Assembly (NCBI GenBank): GCA_964019425.1
Contig: OZ025798.1
Location: 186,001 to 250,000, forward strand
Reading direction: 5' to 3'
Source: Flectonema sp. DT1601
Lineage: Eukaryota
DNA: 64,000 nt
Position 1 is the first letter of the stretch; each line of letters opens with the position of its first letter. The position numbers were made by a program, and so were the translations under genes. The notes under the pieces are model-generated. The model was not told the DNA's origin. It made no database searches and was given only the letters and a program-made list of their open reading frames with translations. This document shows, one piece after another, positions 1 through 11,000 of the stretch.

Positions 1-296
1 CTTTCTTGTTGATCAGGAGTTAGGAATCCAATGGTGTCACCTTTACCACTTCCTGCTACCAATTCCACTGTCATGTATCCACCATCAAAACTCTCAGTGT
101 CTGGATCATGAAGCCATGCTGTTCCTAAAGCAGCAAGTCTGAAAGCACCAATAGCCTGATGCCCAACAGTACCTTGTCTGAATGATAGTCTCTCCTGTTG
201 TAGACAAAATTCAGTCACATCATCAACAGGTTGCAGTTGAACTTCAACAAGACATTGAGTTGCAGTAGTGTTCTTTCCAGCAAGTGTAAGGCGAAC
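1..296 (-). CDS. Downstream exon of the giant LRR/repeat protein (host gene starting at 7843); runs off the window edge
   Basis: Acceptor aaaaaaacacacAG at 297-298, then an open frame with no ATG near its start: VRLTLAGKNTTATQCLVEVQLQPVDDVTEFCLQQERLSFRQG...GTAWLHDPDTESFDGGYMTVELVAGSGKGDTIGF. DPDTESFDGGY matches DPDTHYFCGGF in the upstream exon. Not present in the ORF track. Confidence 0.85.
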
Positions 297-2791
297 CTGT
301 GTGTTTTTTTGTTGTTAAAAAATTTGCAAAGAAACAAAAAATTCCCCCCTTCCCTCCCCAAAAAGAAATCCCAAAACAAAAAAATTAACCCAAGCCATCT
401 ACAAAATACTATTAAATAATATACTGCGAAGGAAATTAATGTAAAACTTGAAATCACCACATCACTCAAGAAAAAAAACTCAATAAATATTTCCAATATA
501 GGCACTGTAGTCGAATGGACGGATTTGGTTTTGCGTTCTTCTTTAAACAATACCTTTTTTTTATTTATTTATTTTATTCTTGTTTGTTATGTTAGTCTTA
601 AGAGAGATTGCGTTCTTCAAACTGCTCTAATCAAACGAACGAAGGGAGTGAAGCTCCTTCAACGGAAGGATACGTTTTTTTTTTGTTTTTGTTTTTTTGC
701 TCAACGAGCACCTTCATAGATTGACACACAGCTGCTTCTCGTAGAATATCAACGTTTTTAGATTGAAAAGACTGAAAGGCTTTAATATCACCCTTTAAAG
801 TAATTTCATCATGAAGAATAGAGAGTGAAAATTCCACGAAAACAGAACATTATAAAAGAGGGGGGGAAATCGTTTTTTTTTTTTTTTTTTTTTAAAATTT
901 TTTTTTTATAACGGGGAGAGGAGGAAAGGCTTATAGATTTATCACAGTTTCTGTACCCATCAAAATCAAGTACACTTCAAATGAAACTTTAAAAAAAACT
1001 TCCAGCGCATTACTTAAAAAAAAAACAGAGAGTCAGGCATTCGCAATTCCACTAAAATGGGAAAACAGGAGGGAAAGTTAAATGACACATTTATTGTGTG
1101 CTTTTTTTTTTTTTTCTTATTTATTGTTAGTCAGCTGTAGGCCAACACTACCCGGAGGTTCAACAAAAAAAATGACAAAACATTCACGCGAATTAGGGTA
1201 TTCGGATTTACCTATAACACTCTGGAAAAACGGAAGATTCACAACTCACTTATGGTTAATTGGAACCTCGTTAATAATTACGTGTTGGAGAAGAGAGGAA
1301 TATTAATAAGGCAAGATAACATATAAAACAATAACACATTTCACAAATAACTAAAATTCTCAATTTATAAAGCGTCGAGAGACTTCTTCAGAGCCCTGAT
1401 AAGGTCATCAGCGTCTTCAATACCGCAGGACACACGGATGAATCCATCAGTGATTCCAACCTTCTCTCTGTCTTCCTTCAACATGTTTGCGTGCGTGAAC
1501 ACAGCAGGGCAGGTGATGATCGACTCAGTCGCTCCGAGGTTCTCACACAAAGCCCACGGACGCTGGCAGGTGTTCATAATCTTGGTACCAGCCTCAACTC
1601 CTCCCTTCACTTCGAACCACAACATTCCTCCGTGGATACCATTAGAGTGTTGTCTGTCAGCCAACTCCTTCTGAGGGAAGCTCTTTAGTCCAGGGTACAT
1701 AACCTTGTCAACCTTCTCGTGAGTCTCAAGGAACTCGGCAACCAACTGTGCGTTCTCAGATTGCTTGAGCACACGGAGCTTCATCGTCTTCACAGCCTGC
1801 AACTGAAGGAATCCAGTCCAAGGTGCCATACCATTTCCATGGATGTTCTGAATCAATCCAATCTGATCTCCCAACGCCTGGTCCTTCCAAACAACACATC
1901 CTCCGACAGTCATGTTGTGTCCGTCAATGTACTTCGTGGTACTCGAAACTACTAAGTCCGCTCCCAACTCCAGAGGTCTCATGATGACTGGAGTAGCGAA
2001 CGTACTGTCTACAGCGTGAAGCAAGTTGTGCTTCTTCGCAATCTCAGACACTGCCTTGACGTCCGTCAGGGTGAGCACCGGGTTGGCTGGAGACTCCGAG
2101 AAGATCAACTTCGTGTTAGGCTGGATTGCCTTCTCAAGAGTGTCGAGGTTGGTGAAGTCGCAGAAAGTGAAGTCGATTCCGAACCTCTCCTTGAAGAGGA
2201 CACGAGATGCTCTGTTGGTTCCTCCGTATGAACACTCGGTGATCACAACGTGATCTCCTGTCTTCAGGGTCGCCGTCATCGCTGTCACGGTGGCTGCCAT
2301 TCCGGTGTTGAAAAGGTGGCATCCCTTTCCTCCCTCGAGGGCTGCGATCTTCGTTCCGAGCGCATCGACGGTCGGGTTCTTCGTGCGAGAGTATGAGTAC
2401 CCCTTTGATAAGTAATCTTCAACAGATGGCTGAACGAAAGTAGTCGATTGGTACACTGGACACAGAACTGCTCCAGTCTTGTCATCTGGTGTGTTCCCTG
2501 AGTGAACCATCACAGTGTCTACTCCGTATGGTCCCTCAACCCAACTTCCAGCCTTACCGCTCGGGGCATTGAAGGTGGCGGTAAGTCCGAGTTCCTCAGC
2601 TGACTTCGACATGTTGTTGTGTTGGTGAAGTTAACTGAAAGGAAGAGTCAATAAATAATTTCAGAAGAGACATCATATTTTGTAGATGGGTCGGGAAAAA
2701 CTTTTTCTGAATTTCAAGAAGCACCAAACTGCTTCGTAGTTGACAATTTTTTAATTTTATACAAAATCAAAAAATAATAAATTTTACACAC
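297..2791 (-). other. Predicted 2495-nt phase-0 GT-AG intron containing a complete nested gene
   Basis: Donor AAG|GTGTGT at 2791, where the ORF degrades into low-complexity VCKIYYFLIL. Acceptor ACAG|GTT at 297. The join is in frame and completes a repeat unit. Confidence 0.8.
1365..2612 (-). CDS. Cys/Met metabolism PLP-dependent enzyme (cystathionine gamma-lyase/synthase family), intronless, 415 aa
   Basis: Motifs PVYQSTTF, YSRTKNPT, YGGT, ESPANP, DSTFATP, PLP-lysine STTKYIDGH, NLGATES, IRVSCGIED. Acceptor ctttcAG at 2635, 22 nt before the ATG. Confidence 0.95.
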   Translation of the reverse strand: MSKSAEELGLTATFNAPSGKAGSWVEGPYGVDTVMVHSGNTPDDKTGAVLCPVYQSTTFVQPSVEDYLSKGYSYSRTKNPTVDALGTKIAALEGGKGCHLFNTGMAATVTAMTATLKTGDHVVITECSYGGTNRASRVLFKERFGIDFTFCDFTNLDTLEKAIQPNTKLIFSESPANPVLTLTDVKAVSEIAKKHNLLHAVDSTFATPVIMRPLELGADLVVSSTTKYIDGHNMTVGGCVVWKDQALGDQIGLIQNIHGNGMAPWTGFLQLQAVKTMKLRVLKQSENAQLVAEFLETHEKVDKVMYPGLKSFPQKELADRQHSNGIHGGMLWFEVKGGVEAGTKIMNTCQRPWALCENLGATESIITCPAVFTHANMLKEDREKVGITDGFIRVSCGIEDADDLIRALKKSLDAL

Positions 2792-5700
2792 CTTTTTGTC
2801 CAACTGAGTAGGATTATTGCTCTCGTGGCTGAAGGCTATCGATTTCAAAGCCGCGAGAAGGTAACTTCTTTTTAATTTTTTATTTAATTGGATTAGAAGA
2901 GCACCTTTCGGAGATACAAACAACGTTCCTATAATATGACGATGACCAGTAGAGTCTTCGTATTGAACTTCAGATTTGGTAGCTCGGCCTTTTCGAAAGC
3001 GGCTGTCAATTCCTTTCTTTCTATCGCGAACTTTGTCCATGAATCCTGAAAAGGCATCCGCAATATGATTTCTTCTGCTTGCGAGATTTCGAACAGCGAC
3101 ATCTCTAATGCGACCTCGTACACGTTCCTTAACGTTGAATGATGGAGTTCTTTGTACTTCTTCTTTAGGATCAACAGGTTGTAATTCTTCAGTAGGCTGA
3201 TTGACTTCAGTGTTGTCTGCTGGTGTTGTTTCAGAATGATTAGCTGGATTGTTGTCATCATTTGATGGATTGGTCTCATTATCATTTGATTCAATTGAGG
3301 GTTTCTTATTTTGTAACACGAGTGACATTGCTCTTCCCTCTCTAGTAAGTGCTGAAGTTGTTGTATCTCTGTTCTCACCAACTGATGAATCTTCTCCAAG
3401 TTTTTTAAATGAGACTCCCGCGACAGATGAACGAGACTTCCTCTTATGCATCAATGCTTGCATTAATTCAACGTCTAAGTCTGCAACGCTACTCGGGCGA
3501 TGTCTCCAATTCTGAGCAAAGTCGGTTTGTTGATCGCTGGTGATCTCAGAGACTCGGAAAGTACGAATTCCATTCTCCTCTCTGACGCTTAAGAAGTCAC
3601 CTTCTTCACCTCCATCAATGACTTCAGCTTTTAGATATCCACTCCAGTCTTTTGATCCAAAGTCTTCATCTGAGCAAAGATCAAATGGCCCAAGTCGTTT
3701 AACTCCACTCCCTTCCATGTATTTCATGTTTACATGTTTTTGAGGAACTCTAATCACAGGAGGACATATTCTAACTTGAAGAGCAGCAGTTAGTGGTGTT
3801 GGTGATATCGAAGAGGAGTCGTGTTCAATAATATTACCGAACACATCTTTCTTTAACATCGTTGGACCGATTAGTAAATTAACATCAATATGACGAATTC
3901 CTTGAGGGATGTTACAAAGTTCAGTTGTGTAGAAACAAATTGAACGAAGCAAATTGTCGACTGCTACGATTGTTGCACTGCCGTCTGCCATGAAGTCGAT
4001 TGCTATTTCAGTGGGTTCGCAAGCATCGGAATTTCTGTTGAATGTGACTCTTCCGAATGGAGTTCCATTAAACTGTAATTGAGATTTCTCTTCTTCTTGA
4101 TTACCGGATTTAATTTTTGTTTCAGAAATACAAATTCCAAGCTGTTTGTTGGGTGATTCGTTAATCAGAAGTCCGTCAGTCGTATTCTCTGAATGTGCAA
4201 TTGACACGACCAGAAAACCTCCACAGAAATAATGCGTATCAGGATCAACTAACTTTGCTGTTCCCATTATTGGAAGTGAATTCCTTTCAATAAAATTCAA
4301 ATGAGATTCGTGTACATCACTTTGACAAGGTGTTCTGTAACACTGTTTACTTTCTTCTATTATTAATTTCGGAGGCACGTCATGCCATAAAACGTTTATA
4401 AGGAATTCAGTTGCGAAATAGACGTTCCTGGAGTCGTAAAGTTCTATCTGAACAAGTCTTTTACCTATCAAAGGATCCTTCGTTTCATTACAATATAAAA
4501 AACATGATATTAGTGATTGGAGTTTTATAGTTGAGATGTCACTGAATAACTCGATTGAGATCTGTTTTGATATTTCACATTGCTCAGCTTTCTCTGTTGA
4601 GCATAATATATTTTGTGTTGCGAATCTGTCGGTTGATTGACTCTCCCAACTTTTTAATCCGGTTAAAAACTTTCCAACCGGAGTACCATCATCCATAAGT
4701 TGCTTTGAAAAAGGATCAAAATCAAAACAAGAACTCGACAAGTTCAACAGTAATACATCAGCAGGGGAATACCCCTCCAAGAACGACACCGACAATGATC
4801 CTCCCGCAAAAGACCCACCAGAATTATGAATTTCAGCTCGTCGTTTTGGTTGATCACAGACAGCTTGACCATCATTCAAACTAACAGCTTTATAAAAGAA
4901 GAATGGAGGCATGTTCACTGTGATACCAAAAGGTGTTAATGAAACAGGTGCGCAATCTGGTTCTAAATAATTAAACTGAGGAATAGTTCGATCATCACGT
5001 TTAACTGAAACAGATGAAGTATTCGCATCAGCAACTCCTACTCCGTAAGACGTTGTTAATGAAGACAGCAGCGCTGTTGAATTCTCTCTCTTTTTATTTC
5101 CCTTAAATGGAACTGATATTATACTACACCTGTCACTGGGACCCATTAAATGACCTAATGAGATGTAGGGTTTCACACATGCGATAAAACAGTTGTACGT
5201 CTCTGTTACTTTTAGTAAGTCAGATTGATTAGGAGGTTGATCTGAACGACAGATTGGTATTCGATCATTTTTATCCGAAAATATCGAACGAATGTAGTCA
5301 GAAGTTACGACGTTGTTAACATTAGCAGTGGCGTTATTATCATCAGTGAGTAGTTTGTGATCTGTGCTACGTAACATTGATAGGGATATTTTTAGTTGAG
5401 CAATCCTTGCAAAAGGTTCAACAGGTTCCGCAACACAATTATAAACAACACTTGAAGCGCAGTCACACATTTCTTGTTTTGTTAGGTCTGCAGTATTTCG
5501 AAGTTGGATGCTAAGATTACTAAGTCTTTCTTCATCTTGATCAATGATCCATTTGTTTTCAGATGTTTGATTCTCAACTTGGAGTCTGTCTGACGATAAA
5601 TGAGGACCTGGTTTCTCAGAATCTCTTAATATATCAAATTCGACTACCCCGCTCCATATTCTAAGCTTTTCATCAATCACATCCGACAATGGAGGGAATC

Positions 5701-7843
5701 GAACTAATTGAAATAAACGATTGACTTGATGTTGTGGTGGTTCTTGTTCTTCAAAGTTAACTACTTCAACTTCTGCATTCTTCAAGAGAGTGTTGGTGTT
5801 GTTTTGAATTGTTTCTATTTTACTATTTAATTCATATCTGAGTAAGGCTTCTGAACGAGCGTGTTTTATTGCTGTCTTCTCAAGGGTTTCAATACGCTTA
5901 CGAGATTCAGAAGAGAATCCCGTGTGGAGAGTACAGCCGTCAGGGATTATTTTGATCCAACTGAATGAGTTTTCAAAGTAAGTAGTCAGATAGTCGCCTC
6001 TCTGATTCTCAAATGAGATAGAGATTTCAGGAGGTTTTTGTAACTCAACAAGTCTTTCTTTGAGTGCAGCAGTCAGTTGACCTGCCTCCTGACTAACATC
6101 AGCTGTAACATCATGAAGCTCTCTGAGTAGAGCTCTTGTTGGTTCTTCTGCTTTCTTGATTGTCACTCGAACTCTCTTCTCGTCTTTCATTAGTTTTTCT
6201 CTTGCCTTTTGTCTTTCTGATCGGAGTCTTTCTTCTTCTTTCTTTTGACGTTCTCTTTTCCATTGTCTTTCTCGTTCTTCTTCAGCTTGTTTTTGTTGAA
6301 TTCTACGACGTTCTTCTTCTTCTTTCTGTGTCTTTGTTTGTATGATTCTGTCGACTGCAGTCCAGTCTTCGTTGCAGAGTTCGCAAATTATTTTGAAAGA
6401 TTCAAACTCCTCACCAGCGACAGCTACTCGATCTTGAGATTCACCGACTTCGAATTCATTTCGTTGGATCCTTTCTTCTTGGTGTCGTTGCTTTTCACGT
6501 TTGTAGTGTTTCTCCCAACTTTCGAACGAAACTTTTCTTAAAACGGTTCTCAGTTGATTCTCATCTTTAATAATTTGTTCTAATTCATTTTCCTGCCAGT
6601 AATCTAATATGTGAAGGATGGAACACAAAGCCTCTCCTTCAATTGAAGGTCGTGTTATGGACTCGTAGCTGTTGACAGTCGATAATCTGATTTGGAGGTC
6701 GTGTTTTTGTTTTCTTTTATAAACAATTCGATAGGTGACATCAAAGTTTTTTTTTTTACTATTTCGAAGAATCTCTCTCTTGTTTTCTTGTTTGTTAATA
6801 ATAACACGACGACTGACCCATTCATCACTTAGTATTCCAATGATTGCTTCTTGAGCTACTATCTCAACAACAGATTGAGACTTTAGTTTCAATAGATGAT
6901 TCTCCTTAGCAATACGAGACTCCTTCAACATCACATTACGTTGCAATGTATTTATAACAACTGACGGTAATAAAAGAGGAGCACCACTTGGTGTTATTCC
7001 ATTATGGATTTCAATCACATTATCATTGGAAGTGACTAAGTATGAAAGCTGTCTAAGACTTGCTGCGGTTACGATATTCTGACCGATGTCAACAATCTGT
7101 ATTGTCGGATGCTCTAATAAGATACCAAAGACAATATTAACTTCTTCAGGACATAAATTAGACGATGAGAGGTCGAGGAAGCGACATTTTCTTTTAGATA
7201 ATTGAATCATAAGATTCGAGAGGCTGCTTTCATTTAAAAAATTCGATTTTTTTGGAAGCGCGACTGCTCCTTCAGCAAAATCAGCCTCACTCGTGAGATA
7301 TGAAAAGTGATGAGAACCAAATGTCGGTGCTGTCGGATTCCGTGACATCATCAGCCCTCTAAGCGCAACAGTGTTTGCACGAGTAAGTCGAGTGGCTACT
7401 TGTTCTACTTTAGTTCGATGTTTTTTAAAATTCTTTATAGCTGGGGTATCAACTGCGTAGTTAGCTTTTGGTTTTAAATACGGTTCCAACAGAACCCTAC
7501 CTTCTGCTCGTCGATGTCTTATTTTCGCATGTAGCAGTTGACGGTCTTCGTAGATCTTAACATTAGCTGTGAGAGGTCTTTGTATTGGAGGGATTAGTAG
7601 ACTTTCTGTTGGTGCTGTGAGAGGTCTATCGGTGTCTTCAGTACTAGCAGTACTCAATAAACACTTTGTGTATAAACTGCTGTCACTGTTCCAATAGCTT
7701 CGTAGTATTTCAGATGGTGATTTCTCTTTCTTTTTATCATTTAGATAAGAACCACACCTCCTTGAGCAAGTCGGGTTTATGTTTTTCTTACTAGTCGCTA
7801 GTCTATCAATAGTTGGATTGGAATCATATTTTTTACAAGTCAT
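2792..7843 (-). CDS. Exon 1 of a giant protein: RNI-like LRR, long charged coiled coil, then tandem cadherin/adhesin-like beta repeats
   Basis: Long ORF with LRR-like LDLSSSNL...IVDIGQNIV and an E/R/K-rich coiled coil. Repeats read F.GG.L.VS...D.L...L..I.(Y/F).N....P....R.V. Acceptor caacAG at 7849, 5 nt before the ATG. Confidence 0.8.
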
Positions 7844-8071
7844 CCGACCTGTTGGTGTAGATAATTATAATTCTTTTTTTTAAAAAAAAAATTTTTTTAA
7901 GTTTTTCACTTTTTAAATTAAATGAGAGGGAGTATTTTTTTTTTTTTTTTAGTATAAATTATCAGTGTAAAAGATGATCTTTCTTGTTGCATTCTCTGCA
8001 ATAAGTATTTCAATAAAACAAAACAAAAACAAAAAAAACAAAACAGGCAGCTCTTTCGAAAGGAATCAGTT

Positions 8072-11000
8072 TTATTGAGAAGGAAGACTGTTTAAATAAT
8101 CCATCGATTCAGATGAGATGATGTCAAAAAGATAAACAAAACCAGCCTTCCCTCCAACCACTACTCGAGGGTTCCTTGAAATAGACTTATTAGTTTTAAC
8201 AATTGATGTCACGGCTACTGGAATGTCAAGTAAAGAAGTTCTAGTCAGTTCTTGACGATGATGACAAGACCACAGATGACAATTATAATTAAAATCAGTA
8301 GCTAAAATCAAATCTTTGTTAATCATTCGAACAGTTGATATCGTTGAGTCACTTGAACAACAAAAAATAATTTGCATTTGAGGAAGTTCATCATCAGTTA
8401 TTAAAACCAATTGAACAACACCATTCTCATATCCAACAACAACAACATCTTCCAAAAGATCAATACATTGTATTGGTGACCCAGCAAGGTTTGCTGCTGT
8501 TATTTCCGATGGATTTGATAAAGTTGATAATCTAAGATACTGATCTCTGCTGGCAGTAACAATACGATTGCTGTCGAGGTATTCAATACCAGTTATGACA
8601 TCAGTGTGTAGTGATAGTGATGATAATAACTTCCGATCTGGGATACTAAAATTATAACATCGATAAGACAGCTGCTCATCAATACTCGAATTCAAACGGC
8701 AGCTAACAATTTTACAATTTGGTGACATTCTCAACAGCGTGAGACCTTCACCATCTTCTTCCGCCATCAGACCCCTGAATGCCGGGATGTGAGTTTTCAT
8801 TTCAGCAGATTGATAGTCAAACAAACTAATCATCGATAGCCTTCCAAGTATCATTATGTCACTTCCTGGAACAAAAACACCCGAAATGATTCCTTGACCT
8901 GTTATGTTGTGAATACAATTACCTTCTTGCATGTCCCAAATCATTAGTGTCCCATCAGAAAATATTGTCGAGAGTTTCTTCTCATCACATGAGATAGCTA
9001 AGTCAAGAACTGTACAGGTATGAGCATCACAACGTTCTATAATATTGGATGTGGGACACAAGGTCTGTGATTGATCTAACCAGACACTTGGAGGAGGATA
9101 ACTCTGATCGTCGATACAAAAAACATGAACACTACCGTCATCTGATGACGTGGCTACAGTTGTCATGTCAGGTGCGCTATTCACGAAGTTGATATCACTA
9201 GAATCACTTCCCATGATACCAATACTTGTAAAGGTTATTGTATTATAAACATGTACACCAGATTGACATCTCATTAGTAGTTTACTTCCACCTGGTGTGA
9301 AGCCTACCCAGTGACAGCAACCGATTCCACTTTCTAAAGGACCACAGATTGCGTCATGAGCGAGTGTTGACCAAACCCATACCAAACCATTAACATCACC
9401 AGATGTTAGTAGATTACCATTTGGGTGAAATGATAAATCTTTTACTACTACGTGATGTCTTCTTAGTATTTGTAGTACACTTCCAGTACCAGCCTGCCAA
9501 ACATGAATATCTGACTGGTCACAAGAAGCAACAACTTTTCCATCAGGAGATATGTCACAACAAGATACGATCCCCTGTTGTTATTTATTTATTATTCATA
9601 ATTAATTATACTTTTAACTAACTAATATTATTCAGATAAACAAACCTGATGACCTCGATATGCTGTTTGATCTGTTCCACTATAAACACAAATAGTACCT
9701 AACCCAACTGACACTACCGAGTGTGACATCGCTGCGTAGAATATGTTTCGGATTGGTTCATTGTCGACTGTTTTTTTAGTTTGTGGGCCATTCGAGTCAT
9801 TCAGTTATGATTATACTATAAATAAAAGTACATACCGTGTGCTTTTAATGTTGATATAACTCTTCCCTTTCTTGTTTCAATAATGCAACCTTTTCCAGTA
9901 GCCAGTTGAACCGCACAAATAGCAACCCCATCATGACATAGACATCGTGTTATACTTGGTGACATATCGAAAGTATTGTGAAGTACTGGTGCTTCTGCTT
10001 CCCATAACCAGACAACAACTTGAGTAGCAGCAGATGAAACAATCATTAAACCATCTGGTGTGAATACAGATGACAGAAATCCTTCCGGAGGTGCTGCTAC
10101 TTCATCTACGATACTGAGTCGCTTTATCACAGAACTCATAGTACAGACTGAAACAGTTGATGCTGTTGTCGCTACTAACAGTGTCCCAAGTTTGTGATCT
10201 CCTTGCGTAAATGCTACATGAACAACAGCTTGATTCGATACCTGAATTACTGATTGCGCTAGTGAACCCCTATTTCTTTTATTTATATTTAACAGTAATG
10301 GATGAGGGACTCCTTCTGACTTTAGAAGTCGATCAACGGCCTTAAAACATCTACTAGACGGAGGCATATTTAATCCAATTTGTAGTATTGAAGGATGCAA
10401 CATTAGACTGTTTTCATGATTAATGCACAGGGATCGAACTGAACGGAGTAACTGAATCTCCGGAGAAGGTTTGAATTGATGAGAAGTGAATCCGTCAATA
10501 CCGGCTTCACTGCATTGGAGCATTTCACGTTCGATTTCATCAGTATCACTGAGGAGGTTCCAGTATAGATCTGCTTGAAATTTTTGTTCTATAAAATTAG
10601 GATCCGTCACAACAAGTAAAGCGTCTGTCACTCTACCTGCCTTTAATAACTGAGTTGGTAGTTCCGCAAGAGCTATGTTTTTCAGGTACGGTGACGGTGA
10701 TGATGACAAATATTGAAAATATAAATGAGCTGCCGCATTGTGATATTTCTCACTCTGATTCCTCTCTGATCGACAGTACTTTGTAACAACTTCTCCTAAC
10801 TCTGAATGAATAAATGTATAAATACCATTACACTGCTCTCTTATAAATGGCAACAGATCGACCCAGAACATGTCAATTCTAGCAGGTGCAGTTTTTTGAC
10901 TAAAAGATACCAGATTCTGTTGGAGGATACCAAAAAGAACTTCTGGAATAAAACCATTCAAAGATAATGAAATTAACGCCAAAGTCTTTTTTATGAAGTC

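Noticed and set aside
700..815. Box C/D snoRNA in the large intron (ATGATGA on the minus strand near 810)
   Set aside because: No suitably placed box D (CTGA) or terminal stem found.
2613..2791. Fusion of the giant protein with the PLP lyase by cis-splicing
   Set aside because: The donor is phase 0 but the acceptor is 22 nt from the ATG, so the join is out of frame with an early stop.
2714..2791. Hydrophobic C-termini of track ORFs as membrane anchors (also near 9816, 13681, 17675, 59396)
   Set aside because: Read-through into T-rich intron 5' ends after clear GT donors.
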